In this document: piece after piece, positions 37,885 through 47,437 of the stretch
Layout: every line of letters begins with the position of its first letter
Position numbering within the stretch: position 1 is the stretch's first letter
From: an uncultured Acidobacteriaceae bacterium
GTDB taxonomy: Bacteria; Acidobacteriota; Terriglobia; Terriglobales; Acidobacteriaceae
Assembly (NCBI GenBank): GCA_963791975.1
Contig: CAWBUJ010000006.1
Location: 42,815-106,814 of the forward strand
Direction of reading: 5' to 3'
Length of the DNA: 64,000 nucleotides
Made by a program: the position numbers and the translations under genes
The notes under the pieces: model-generated
Seen by the model: only the letters and a program-made list of their open reading frames with translations
What the model was told of the DNA's origin: nothing
Databases searched by the model: none

Positions 37885-38511
37885 TCACAGCCATCCCTTG
37901 GCGCGGGCGATGCGGGCGGCCTCGGTGCGGTTGGCGGCGCCCAGCTTGCTGATCGCCTCGGAGAGATAGTTCCGCACCGTCCCTTCGGAGAGGTTGAGCT
38001 CGCTCGCGATGTCGGAGCTGGCCATGCCCTCTCCGGCGAGACGCAACACCTGGCGCTCGCGTTCGGTCAAGGGATCGGGCTCGTCGGTCCAGGCCTCGGC
38101 GGCAAGCTGGGGATCGATGACGCGCAACCCGCTATGCACACGACGCACGGCATCGGCCAGCTGTTCGGCGGGCATGTCTTTCAGCAGGTATCCTGACGCT
38201 CCGGCATCGAGGGCGCGCCGCAGATATCCGGCGCGCGCGAAAGTGGTCAGAATGATGACCCGCACCGGCACGCCGCGGCGCTTCAACTCGGCTGCGACTT
38301 CCAGGCCGGTCAGCCCCGGCATTTCAATGTCGGTGATGAACACGTCAGGCCGCGCCTGCTGCACCGCGCGCAAGGCTTCATCGCCGGAACGGGCGCGCGC
38401 GACGACCTCGATGTCGTCTTCCATTTCGAGCAGCGCGGCCAGAGCGCCTAGAACCATGGCTTGGTCTTCGGCCAGGACGACCCGGATTTTGCCATGCTTG
38501 GCGGGGGGCAC
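37885..38511 (-). CDS. NarL/FixJ-family response regulator
   Basis: IRVVLAEDQAMV...DVFITDIEMPGLTG receiver domain. LuxR HTH LTERERQVLRLAGEGMASSDIASELNLSEGTVRNYL. GTG start at 38511 inferred. Confidence 0.85.
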   Translation of the reverse strand: MPPAKHGKIRVVLAEDQAMVLGALAALLEMEDDIEVVARARSGDEALRAVQQARPDVFITDIEMPGLTGLEVAAELKRRGVPVRVIILTTFARAGYLRRALDAGASGYLLKDMPAEQLADAVRRVHSGLRVIDPQLAAEAWTDEPDPLTERERQVLRLAGEGMASSDIASELNLSEGTVRNYLSEAISKLGAANRTEAARIARAKGWL

Positions 38512-38515
38512 GCTG

Positions 38516-39628
38516 TCAGTTTCGCAGAGCGGAGGCAGCGGGGGCGAGAGGCAAATGAATAACCAGCCGGGTTCCGGCGTCGGTGCGCCGCTGGAGCGAG
38601 CCGCCGATGGCCTCCAGCCGCTCGCGCATGCCGCGCAGGCCGTTGCCCTCAGGAGCATCTGCGCCGCGGCCGTTGTCGGCGATTTCCAGCGTACAAAGCT
38701 CCTCGTCGCGACGGAGCCGGACGCTGCAGCGCTGCGCCTGCGCGTGCCGCACGACGTTGGTTACAGCTTCGCGAAGCGCCAGTGCCAGCACCGATTCCTG
38801 GGCCGGGCTGAGCGGAACTTCCGAGGCATCACAGTCCACGGTGATCCCTGCGGTCTCCAGCGTCCGGCGCGCCTGGATCAATTCCGCCGCCAACCCCTGA
38901 CCCCGGTATCCGGTGATGGCTTCGCGCACATCGGCGAGCGCGGCGCGCGAGGTCTGCTCCACATCCTGCATCTCCTGCTTGGCGCGTTGCGGGTCGCGAT
39001 CCACCAGCTTGCGCGCCAACTCCGCCTTCAGCGTGATGAGCGAAAGCGTGTGGCCCAGCAGATCGTGCAGATCGCGGGCGATGCGCTCGCGCTCGGCGAC
39101 CTTGGCAAGATGCTCGATCTCGTCCTGGGCGCGCTGTAGCTTTTGCCGCTCACAGTGTTTGAGTGCCCAATAATGGTTGCCGAATCCCACTATTGTGACC
39201 AGCAACAGGAGCGAGCCCCAGAAGGTTACGGGTATTTGCACACGGTAGGCGTAGAAGCCAAGGATGGCCACGTCGAGGCCGATGAGCAGGGACACTCGGC
39301 GAAGGCTGGGATGGAAACCGCTTGCTGCGGCCGCGTAAATTAGCAGGGTGACATTGCCCTCGTTGACGTGGACAAAGACCGGAACCATGGCGGTCATGGC
39401 CAATATGCTCAACAGCTTGTATGGTTCGGGACGCGAGAACGCCTGCAAGTAGAGAAGGATGAAGACGATCCCGCCGAATGTGTTGGCGGCCCATCCCAGC
39501 GGACCGTAGTGCGTCCACAGCGGATCCACGAAGACCCACACCATGAATGGAAGCCAGATGAGCGGCTGCCAGCGATGCTCGTCCCCGTTGGGATAGATCT
39601 TCCACCAGATTGCCTTGAGGGTGTTCAT
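38516..39628 (-). CDS. HisKA_3 (DesK/LiaS-type) sensor histidine kinase
   Basis: Five or six TM segments. H-box ERERIARDLHDLLGHTLS. HATPase N and G boxes (ADNGRG). Confidence 0.85.
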   Translation of the reverse strand: MNTLKAIWWKIYPNGDEHRWQPLIWLPFMVWVFVDPLWTHYGPLGWAANTFGGIVFILLYLQAFSRPEPYKLLSILAMTAMVPVFVHVNEGNVTLLIYAAAASGFHPSLRRVSLLIGLDVAILGFYAYRVQIPVTFWGSLLLLVTIVGFGNHYWALKHCERQKLQRAQDEIEHLAKVAERERIARDLHDLLGHTLSLITLKAELARKLVDRDPQRAKQEMQDVEQTSRAALADVREAITGYRGQGLAAELIQARRTLETAGITVDCDASEVPLSPAQESVLALALREAVTNVVRHAQAQRCSVRLRRDEELCTLEIADNGRGADAPEGNGLRGMRERLEAIGGSLQRRTDAGTRLVIHLPLAPAASALRN

Positions 39629-39644
39629 GGTTTCATAGCTCTTG

Positions 39645-39818
39645 TCAACGCCTGTATCTATTGTCCTTCGGATGGGCCGCGGGTACAACGGTATACCAGA
39701 CCACGGCGACCGCGGTGATCGCCAGCCCCAACAGCGTGGTGTGGCCGGTCAGGGTCAGTCCCAGAAACACCGCCATCGCGATGCCCCAAAGAATCCATTG
39801 CCAACTTCTATTCGCCAT
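39645..39818 (-). CDS. Unlisted 57-aa two-TM small membrane protein immediately upstream of the kinase
   Basis: AAGGAGG lies 6 nt upstream of the ATG. MANRSWQWILWGIAMAVFLGLTLTGHTTLLGLAITAVAVVWYTVVPAAHPKDNRYRR. GC-rich third positions. Below the ORF-track length cut-off. Confidence 0.55.
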   Translation of the reverse strand: MANRSWQWILWGIAMAVFLGLTLTGHTTLLGLAITAVAVVWYTVVPAAHPKDNRYRR

Positions 39819-39839
39819 TTTGTACCTCCTTTGGAGGCT

Positions 39840-39866
39840 GTCAGCTATCAGCCGTCAGCCGTCAAC
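39840..39866. repeat. Heptanucleotide array GTCAGCT ATCAGCC GTCAGCC GTCAAC
   Basis: Read directly; intergenic. Confidence 0.75.
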
Positions 39867-39904
39867 TAAAGCCGGACTCAAAGCCGGTGTAAGGGGGGAT
39901 CCTG

Positions 39905-40558
39905 TTAACTCGCACTGGGACCATGAGCTGTTTCCCCCCGAGCCAGCAATGGAGCATGGCGGGCGACCAAGAAAGCCAATACTAGTGTGATAGCCGACGA
40001 GAGCCACAGAATCGCGCCCGTACCCAGTGCAGTCATTCCTTGCAAACGCTCCGTAGGCGCAAAGAAAAGTGTTCCGGCAACCCAAACGAGCAGCGTCCCG
40101 CCGGTTGCATAGTGCATTTTGTATTGGAAGAGCCTGGCCAGTGGGAACAGATGCACAGCTAGGATGGCTGCGATCGCCGTCACGTCGTATACCTCCAGGT
40201 GTAGCTTGTTCAAAGTCGTCAATACCAGAAAAATCGCTAACCACTGCCCGCCGTTAATCCAAAGAAACATCCGTTTGCGGCGCATATCTTCGGTGAGACG
40301 GGGAAACCGCCTAGCCTGACTCATAAGGTTGAGCGCTGTTGCTGTAAGGCCCGCGGCCACTAGCACTACGCCAACCTCTGTCACTGTGCTCAGTCGCTCA
40401 CGCACGTATAAGGCAAGCATCAGCCACAGCGTTCCGAAGCCGGTGAAAAACAGCGAGCCTATCGCGCGCCCGTTCAGTTGATTTGCGGTCACCGCAGGTG
40501 TCATAACAGCCGGAGTCTCCTTTTCGCCTCCCAAACACGGTGCCAACTGTAGATCCAT
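39905..40558 (-). CDS. Six-TM membrane protein of unknown function
   Basis: 217 aa, hydrophobic throughout. Alternative start at Met19. Confidence 0.5.
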   Translation of the reverse strand: MDLQLAPCLGGEKETPAVMTPAVTANQLNGRAIGSLFFTGFGTLWLMLALYVRERLSTVTEVGVVLVAAGLTATALNLMSQARRFPRLTEDMRRKRMFLWINGGQWLAIFLVLTTLNKLHLEVYDVTAIAAILAVHLFPLARLFQYKMHYATGGTLLVWVAGTLFFAPTERLQGMTALGTGAILWLSSAITLVLAFLVARHAPLLARGETAHGPSAS

Positions 40559-40644
40559 TTCCCAGCCTCCAAAATGTGCAACGGCTTTCGTCCGGAGTGC
40601 CCCTCAACGATGTCCGATCCGCAGTAAGTAACGTGATTAGCTAT

Positions 40645-40673
40645 CCACTAACCACCAGCCACTAGCCACTAAC
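40645..40673. repeat. Heptanucleotide array CCACTAA CCACCAG CCACTAG CCACTAA C
   Basis: Read directly. Ends 2 nt from the permease stop codon. Confidence 0.75.
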
Positions 40674-40674
40674 T

Positions 40675-41490
40675 TCATCCGTACGTCTTTCCCTCATCCC
40701 TCCGGTACCCCCATCCGGCCAGGCCCAGGCAGAGCAGGGTGAAGGCGATCAGTGCCTCGATGTGTCCCCAGGCAGGAGTTGGGTTGTTCACCATCCCAAC
40801 CGCATTCAGCGCCAACTGGCTGAGGTGGTAAGGCGGCAGCACTTTGGCAAAGGTTTGCAGCCCGCGAGGCAGCAGGAACAACGGTATCCACAGCCCCGAA
40901 CAGAACGACATAGGCAGGTAAATCAGGTTGACCAGTCCGGGCGCCGAGTTGGGCTTGGCGAAGTAGCCGATGGCCATGCCCATGGCGCTGAACGGGATTG
41001 CCCCGGCGACTAGAATGCCGACGAGTTTGGCCGCCGTTGCCACCGGCATGCGCACGCCACCGAAGACGATGCCGATGGCCAGCAGCAACAACATGATCAC
41101 CGTACTGAAGACGACCGCGGAGCACAGCTTCCCTAAGAAATAAGCGGACACCGGCATAGGCGAGGCGCGTTTCACTTGCAGCCAGCCCTGTCCGCGCTCG
41201 ATGGCGAGACTCACGCCGAAGCCGAACAAAGCCACCGCGATCACGCCGAAACAGCCCATGGTCGCCAGCATGTAGGTTGCATTTTCCTTGCGATCTGCGG
41301 CATTCGACCCCAACACGATCCCGAACAGTACATAGAACATCACTGGGAACGCCACAGTTGAGATGGCATACACGGGAATGCGAATGTTTTTGAGCAGCTC
41401 GTATTTTGCCTCTTTGACGTACAGGGCAATGGTCCGCGAGAGCGAGCGTTGCGGCGCGGCGACAACCGCGGGAAAAGTGGTGGCAGCCAT
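40675..41490 (-). CDS. ABC-2 type transporter permease
   Basis: Multi-TM. Start ATG 41490 is 1 nt after the ATPase stop, with GGGAGG upstream. Confidence 0.75.
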   Translation of the reverse strand: MAATTFPAVVAAPQRSLSRTIALYVKEAKYELLKNIRIPVYAISTVAFPVMFYVLFGIVLGSNAADRKENATYMLATMGCFGVIAVALFGFGVSLAIERGQGWLQVKRASPMPVSAYFLGKLCSAVVFSTVIMLLLLAIGIVFGGVRMPVATAAKLVGILVAGAIPFSAMGMAIGYFAKPNSAPGLVNLIYLPMSFCSGLWIPLFLLPRGLQTFAKVLPPYHLSQLALNAVGMVNNPTPAWGHIEALIAFTLLCLGLAGWGYRRDEGKTYG

Positions 41491-41491
41491 G

Positions 41492-42448
41492 TTAGTTCCT
41501 CCCATTTGCATCGGAGTGGTTGTTCTGGGTGAGCGCCAGGAACGCTTCTTCCAGGCCAGCGTTGGTCACCTCCAGGTCGCCCAGCCAGGAATCGCGCTGC
41601 AACAGCTCGCGCACCACCGGTTCGGCGACGTTCACCTGCAGCTCGAAGGCATTACGGTCGGCCTTCACACTCAGCACCCCAGGAATCCCCCGCACTTCTT
41701 CCAGGGAGAGGCGGCTGGTGCAGCGAATCTGCTTGCCCATGGCGCGCGCTTTGATCTCGGCGGGAGTGCCTTCGGCCACGATCTCACCCTTGTCCAGCAC
41801 CAAAATGCGGTCGGCCAGCGCATCGGCTTCGTTCAGATAGTGGGTGGTGAGCAGCACCGTCTTGGCGCGCGCGATGAGGGTGCGAATCTGCGACCACATC
41901 AGCCGCCGCGCTTCCACGTCGAGACCAACCGTTGGCTCGTCGAGAAACAGCAGGTCGGGATCGCCGCAGATCGCGATGCCAAACAGCACGCGCTGCTTTT
42001 GTCCGCCCGAGAGCTCGCCGAAGGGCCGGTTCTTGATGTCCTCAATGCCGGCGATCCGGAAGGTCTCATGCAGCGGCAGAGGCCGCGGATAGTAGGACGA
42101 AAACAGGTCTATGTGCTCGCGCACACGCAGAGTTTCCGGCACGCGGCCAACCTGAAGCATGGCGCCGAGACGCGGCTGCACCTTTCCTTGGTGCGGGTCA
42201 GCGCCAAACACTGAGACGCTGCCCGAGTCGGGCCTGGCCAGGCCGAGCAGCATCCGCACCAGCGTGGTTTTGCCAGCGCCATTGGGACCGAGCAAGGCCA
42301 GCAATTCGCCTGCGCGCACCTCCAGGTTGAAGTTACGCAGGGCCACAATCGCCCCGTAGCTCTTGGTTAGGTTGCGCGTCGCGGCGACACTGACCGGCCG
42401 CGGGGCGGCAGCGCTGAGCTGCATTTCGGCTAGAGCAGTTGACATCAT
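41492..42448 (-). CDS. ABC transporter ATP-binding protein
   Basis: Walker A GPNGAGKTT, signature LSGGQKQR, Walker B LLFLDEPT. Confidence 0.88.
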   Translation of the reverse strand: MMSTALAEMQLSAAAPRPVSVAATRNLTKSYGAIVALRNFNLEVRAGELLALLGPNGAGKTTLVRMLLGLARPDSGSVSVFGADPHQGKVQPRLGAMLQVGRVPETLRVREHIDLFSSYYPRPLPLHETFRIAGIEDIKNRPFGELSGGQKQRVLFGIAICGDPDLLFLDEPTVGLDVEARRLMWSQIRTLIARAKTVLLTTHYLNEADALADRILVLDKGEIVAEGTPAEIKARAMGKQIRCTSRLSLEEVRGIPGVLSVKADRNAFELQVNVAEPVVRELLQRDSWLGDLEVTNAGLEEAFLALTQNNHSDANGRN

Positions 42449-42739
42449 TCACTCCTGTGCTCAGGAATCCTTGCGAGCACGGGACGATCTTCCGTCATGC
42501 GCTGGGCGGACAGTAGTGTGGATTGTCAGGCTGGGGGAGTGACAAATGTCATGGCGGGGCGGCGGTAGGGCCATCACCACCGCAAGGCCCTCATCAAGCC
42601 TAAGGCGGGAAGGGCCTAAGCCACGTTCCCGGGCGCTCTGGCCTTCTCCGGCGCAGACGCAGACGGGTTTCCCTTATCGCGACAGGCAATTTCCTAAACG
42701 GTAGCCAGTCAAAGAAGGACGGAGACGAAAGACAGGGAT

Positions 42740-42934
42740 CTAAGCTGTGCGGCGGCTTTTCTGGGGAGAGGCTGGCGATTTTATCGAGGTCGACTGAATG
42801 TCCAACTGATCGTTGGAAATATCGAGCGCCGCCCGGTATGCCGCCGCGACACGGTCTTCTATTTCGCGGCTGATACGGACACCCTCGGTCTCGATTCCGT
42901 AGTATCCCATCCCGATTTCGTGAACCGCAGCCAT
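42740..42934 (-). CDS. 64-aa hypothetical protein downstream of the MPE-GAF gene
   Basis: ORF with an AGGA-like SD. No recognised motif. Confidence 0.3.
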   Translation of the reverse strand: MAAVHEIGMGYYGIETEGVRISREIEDRVAAAYRAALDISNDQLDIQSTSIKSPASPQKSRRTA

Positions 42935-43033
42935 GCTCTGATCCTACGGTGACTCCGTGCTCCTGTCAAGGAAGAACACGCGCCCCGAATCAACCCGTAT
43001 TATAGTGGAAACCGATTCCGGGACAATCCGCAG

Positions 43034-45253
43034 CTAACCGCTTTTTAGGAACAAATCCCGCAGCGATTCGAACAATAGCAGGTTGATCCGGTGCTGAAAT
43101 GCCGCTGCCTCCGGCACTTTTTCCGGCAAGCGGAGATCTCGGAGCGGGCAATCGGCACGCTCGCTGCCAACGTTCAGAACGCCGTAAGGGCGCTTCTGCT
43201 TATAAATATCCTTTTTGTTGTCCCAGATGGCCGGATCCACCGGAGCGTGCACCGGAAAGGAAGCCAGCACCTTGTGGGTAGGCGAGCCGGGTACATGCCG
43301 GTAATAAAGCGGAGCATCTTCCCGGTTGTTTCTAACAGGCGCCACATACACTTTTATGCTGTTGGCTTTGAAGGCCCGGCCGGCTATACCCGTGCCGTAG
43401 CGTAACTGGGTTTCGTAGTGCATGGGTACGGGCTCGTAGTTGCCGCTGGCCGCTTTCGTTTCGCGAACCCCTGCCAGCATCGGCAGGCTGGAGTCAGCAT
43501 CCAGATACATGAAACTTCCGGTTAGAGGCCCGGACCAGTCTTTGGCGAAGACATCACGCGTCATCAGAAAGATACGACAGATCAGAGCGATGACTTTCTT
43601 CCGCTGCTCTTCGGTGACTGAGTCCGAACGCCAGATGTCCCACAGCTCCTGCGGGGTTCCTTGAATCGATTCATCGGCAGCGGCCTGAGCTTCCGGCACG
43701 TCCCATTGAATTCCGTAACTTAGACCCTGCTGCGGACGGCGGACTCGTAGAGCGGCGCTCCGAAGGCTTTCGTAGTAGCGCAGAGCATGGACGTTGTACA
43801 GATGCGCATAGACCTCAGAATCGGTTTCCCACTTCCGGCTATCCGGCTGGTTGGAATCGATCCGGGCGATGCGCAGCCGCGGCTCGCCGGGCCGGAAGCC
43901 CTTGGGGAACTGCACCACGACCGTCAGATTTTCGATAGGGTCAACCACCGGGTAATGCGTGTATTCGACATTCCATAATCGTGTCTGTTCGCGGGCGTAT
44001 TTGTGGTCAAATTGCAACTCATCCATGGCAAAAGAGTTCACCGCATGCCAGGAATACTGATAACTCGCCGCATGGTCAGGACCAGCCGAGATAGCGGGAT
44101 CGAAGTGCAGGGGTGAGTTCCAGACCTGATTGTCCTGGTCCATCGGAGGGATGCGCTTTACCACCGTAACCTTGAGCCCGCCGCTGCCCTTGGCGGTCAA
44201 GCCCGCGAGATAACCCGAGGTGGGAGCCAACTGCACCTGATGTTCTCGATCTCTTTCGTTCCCGGAGACCTTGACTGTCAGGTCTCCGCACTCCACCACT
44301 CGCCGGGCATCGCCATCCTCGTCCAGCACGGCGATCGAGGCTACCTCGCGGTAAAAATATCCTTCCCGTTGGATCCTCTGCTCCCAAACCATCTGTTGCG
44401 TCGATTCTTCTGTGCGAACCACGAATGGAGCGGGCTGCGGCTTCTCCGACCATTCGGTGGCTACGTTGTAGTAAAACTCAACCGCCGCCTTCTTCTCCTC
44501 GACGTTCACGACGCCGAACCAATTCAGGTAGGGGTTGTCCATTTGGCGCAGGGTTGCCCCGAGGCTAACCACCGAAACGTTATGCCGGTTGTCGCCCAGC
44601 GTGCTCCAGAAGCCAGCTCGCGCCTGCAAGTGTTCGTGCCCATGCAGTATCAGGTCGACCTTGCGGAACAGCACCGGAGACAGGAACTGCCCCGAGTTGA
44701 TCATAGTGAGCCACTTAGCCCGGAAATCGTGACTCCAGTTGACCGGCAGGGGATGGTGATGCACGGCCACTATCTTGAACGCACCTGCAAAATCCGGGTC
44801 GGCGCCCGAGATCTGGTCATACCGCCGGTTAAAGTGCATGACCTCTTCTTCCCTGATCCGGCCGCTGCCTCCCAACTCACCTTCCTCGGCCGAGTTGAAG
44901 CCGAAGACCCAAACCTTGGTGCTGCCAACTTTGTAAAAGCCCTCCGACTTATAATCGCGCCACGCGTCGTCGTATTTATCGGCGGCGAACTTCCCCTTCC
45001 AGCCACCTAACTGGTAATCGTGATTTCCAGGGACAACGATGAGGCGCGTATTTGCCCGTCCGCTGCATTTCTTTTCCGCTTTGTCGAGGAACTCCTTCGC
45101 CAGATTCCACAGCTCATGCTTCGGGCCGTCTGCGAGGTCGCCGGTGCACACAATCACGTCGATGTCGAGCTTCTCGATCCTTCGCAGAAGGCTTTCGGCT
45201 AGCGCTTCATTATGTTTGCCAAAATGCAGGTCGGAAATGTGTAGCAGACGCAT
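43034..45253 (-). CDS. 739-aa protein: class-III-PDE-like metallophosphoesterase, unknown middle region, GAF-like C-terminal domain
   Basis: HISDLHFG, TGDLADG, PGNHDY, VHHHP and HGHEH motifs. C-terminal ...RYGTGIAGRAFKANSIKVYV... is GAF-like. Confidence 0.75.
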   Translation of the reverse strand: MRLLHISDLHFGKHNEALAESLLRRIEKLDIDVIVCTGDLADGPKHELWNLAKEFLDKAEKKCSGRANTRLIVVPGNHDYQLGGWKGKFAADKYDDAWRDYKSEGFYKVGSTKVWVFGFNSAEEGELGGSGRIREEEVMHFNRRYDQISGADPDFAGAFKIVAVHHHPLPVNWSHDFRAKWLTMINSGQFLSPVLFRKVDLILHGHEHLQARAGFWSTLGDNRHNVSVVSLGATLRQMDNPYLNWFGVVNVEEKKAAVEFYYNVATEWSEKPQPAPFVVRTEESTQQMVWEQRIQREGYFYREVASIAVLDEDGDARRVVECGDLTVKVSGNERDREHQVQLAPTSGYLAGLTAKGSGGLKVTVVKRIPPMDQDNQVWNSPLHFDPAISAGPDHAASYQYSWHAVNSFAMDELQFDHKYAREQTRLWNVEYTHYPVVDPIENLTVVVQFPKGFRPGEPRLRIARIDSNQPDSRKWETDSEVYAHLYNVHALRYYESLRSAALRVRRPQQGLSYGIQWDVPEAQAAADESIQGTPQELWDIWRSDSVTEEQRKKVIALICRIFLMTRDVFAKDWSGPLTGSFMYLDADSSLPMLAGVRETKAASGNYEPVPMHYETQLRYGTGIAGRAFKANSIKVYVAPVRNNREDAPLYYRHVPGSPTHKVLASFPVHAPVDPAIWDNKKDIYKQKRPYGVLNVGSERADCPLRDLRLPEKVPEAAAFQHRINLLLFESLRDLFLKSG

Positions 45254-45481
45254 GGTAGGGGAGACAATCTTACAATTTGGTTATTCGTGATTTCAACTTA
45301 GAATTCGGTGTCGAACCGGGCATTCCATTACTGCAGGAATCGCGTTGTGATCCGGGTGAACTCTGGAACGGACGGAATTAGGAGGAAAGCCAGCCGGCAC
45401 AGGGGAAAAGCTGAGATGCACTCTAACTCGCCCTGCTTTTCAATTCCTTTCGACGGAGACGCCCCAACGAATTCCCTTTTC

Positions 45482-45495
45482 GTGACTCAAGTCAC
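45482..45495. promoter_or_regulatory. Perfect palindrome GTGACT-CA-AGTCAC in a divergent intergenic region
   Basis: Read directly. A half-site-like GTGA...TCAC follows 10 nt later. Confidence 0.3.
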
Positions 45496-45621
45496 AAATC
45501 GCAGGTGATAGCAGTCACGGCTCTTCCGCCCGTAAAGCGTCACACTGATTAGTAAGAGTGAGGAGTCCGCCCGGTCGATCTGCACCCTCGGCAAGCGCCG
45601 GCCCGGAGAGAGAGGTGAGCC

Positions 45622-46089
45622 GTGCTCCACGCATATCGCTTGGTCAAGCTGATTGAAAACCATTCCGACGGGCTGGCCCGAAGCCTGCACAACCGCTATC
45701 GCAACTGTAGCAAGTGCTCGGCGTACGCCGGCGTTCCCGAGAGCGAACTGATCGAGAAGGTGTACGAAGTGTATCGTCACCTGGGCGGGTGGTTGCTGGG
45801 CAAGACGGAGGCCGACATTGAAAGCCGTTATCTTGAAATCGGCGCGCAACGTGCGGCCCAGGGCGTGCCCATCAGCCAGGTGGTGTGGATGATCTGCCTG
45901 GTGCGGGAGAACCTGTGGGATTACATGCAGAAGCATGCCGAGTTGGAGCGCCCAGCGGAAATCTTCGGCGAACTCGAACTGCTGGAGATGCTCGACAAGT
46001 TCTTCCACCTAGCCATCTACTATGCCGCTTTGGGTCACGAGCGCGCGACTGCCGGCGTCACTCTGACGGTCGAGACACTGACCCGATAA
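45622..46089 (+). CDS. RsbRD N-terminal domain-like protein
   Basis: 155 aa. MLHAYRLVKLIENHSDGLARSL... resembles the RsbRD_N family. GTG start after GGAGAGAGAGG. Confidence 0.5.
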   Translation: MLHAYRLVKLIENHSDGLARSLHNRYRNCSKCSAYAGVPESELIEKVYEVYRHLGGWLLGKTEADIESRYLEIGAQRAAQGVPISQVVWMICLVRENLWDYMQKHAELERPAEIFGELELLEMLDKFFHLAIYYAALGHERATAGVTLTVETLTR

Positions 46090-46100
46090 AGAGACAATTT

Positions 46101-47426
46101 ATGTCCTGGATTGAGCAATACAACAGCAAATTGAAAACCGCGCATGAAGCGGTCGCTGGCGTGGAGTCCGGGATGCGGGTGTATATCCATCCCGGCTGCG
46201 CCGAGCCGGAGTCCCTGGTGGAAGCGCTGATGGTGCGCGCGCCCTTCGTGAAGGACGTGGAAGTAATGCACCTGCTGACCCACGGCACCTCCCCGTATTG
46301 CGCGCCGGAGATGGCGGAACATTTCCGGCACAACGCGTTGTTCGTCGGCGGCAACGTTCGCGAGGCGGTGAACGACGGCCGCGCCGACTATACGCCGATC
46401 TTCCTGAGCGAGGTCGAAGCGCTGTTCGAAAGCGGCGAGATTCCGATCGACGTCGCCTTCATTCAGGTCTCACCCCCCGATCCGCATGGTTATTGCAGCT
46501 TTGGAGTAGGAGTCGATTGCACGCTGACCGCCGCGAAGTACGCCCATTGCGTGGTGGCGCAGGTGAATGCCCAGATGCCGCGCACCTACGGCGACAGCTT
46601 CATTCACGTGAGCGAAATCGACACCATCGTGGAGCTATCGCGCCCGCTCTGCGAATTGCAGAAGCAACCCGGCAGCGAGTTGTTCCGGACGATTGGGTCG
46701 CAGGTGGCGTCGCTGATCGAGGACGGTGCCGTCTTACAATGTGGGATAGGCGGCATTCCCGACGCAGTACTGCCGAACCTGATGGACCGAAAAGACCTCG
46801 GAGTTCACACGGAGTTGATTTCGGATAACGTCATTCCGCTAATCGATGCCGGCGTCATCAATGGGCAGCGCAAGAACGTCAAGCCGCGCAAAATCATCCT
46901 TGGCTTTGTGCTGGGGACGAAAACGCTGTTCGACTTCATCGACGAGAACCCCATCTTCGAGTTTCATCCTTCTGCCTACACCAACGATCCGATGCGCATT
47001 GCGGCCAACGACCGCATGGTGGCCATCAACTCGGCAATCGAAGTGGACCTGACCGGCCAGGTTTGCGCCGAGTCGATCGGGCCGAACTTTTACAGCGGCT
47101 TTGGCGGCCAGCTCGACTTCATGCGCGGCGCTGCGCGCTCCAAATGGGGCAAGCCGATCATCGCACTCCCTTCGACCGCCAAGAATGACACCGTGTCGCG
47201 CATTGTGCCGAGGCTGGCGAACGGCGCCGGTGTGCTGACCACGCGTGCCGACGTGCATTACGTCGTCACCGAGTACGGCGTGGCCTATCTGCACGGCAAG
47301 ACGGTGCGCCAGCGGGCCGAAGCGCTCATCCAGATTGCTCATCCCAAGTTCCACAATGAGTTGTTCGATTATTGCGAGCGGCAGCGCTGGTTCCAGCGCA
47401 ACGCTTGCGTAGAAGTGCGAGGGTAA
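46101..47426 (+). CDS. Acetyl-CoA hydrolase/transferase family protein (4-hydroxybutyrate CoA-transferase-like)
   Basis: 442 aa. ...[12 protein letters not shown]..., GIGGIPDAV..., [13 protein letters not shown] motifs. Confidence 0.8.
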   Translation: MSWIEQYNSKLKTAHEAVAGVESGMRVYIHPGCAEPESLVEALMVRAPFVKDVEVMHLLTHGTSPYCAPEMAEHFRHNALFVGGNVREAVNDGRADYTPIFLSEVEALFESGEIPIDVAFIQVSPPDPHGYCSFGVGVDCTLTAAKYAHCVVAQVNAQMPRTYGDSFIHVSEIDTIVELSRPLCELQKQPGSELFRTIGSQVASLIEDGAVLQCGIGGIPDAVLPNLMDRKDLGVHTELISDNVIPLIDAGVINGQRKNVKPRKIILGFVLGTKTLFDFIDENPIFEFHPSAYTNDPMRIAANDRMVAINSAIEVDLTGQVCAESIGPNFYSGFGGQLDFMRGAARSKWGKPIIALPSTAKNDTVSRIVPRLANGAGVLTTRADVHYVVTEYGVAYLHGKTVRQRAEALIQIAHPKFHNELFDYCERQRWFQRNACVEVRG

Positions 47427-47437
47427 GGAGCCTAAGA

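Noticed and set aside
45308-45508. 66-aa ORF in the spacer upstream of the MPE-GAF gene.
   Set aside because: The sequence is low-complexity and basic, has no SD, and overlaps palindromic regulatory-looking sequence.
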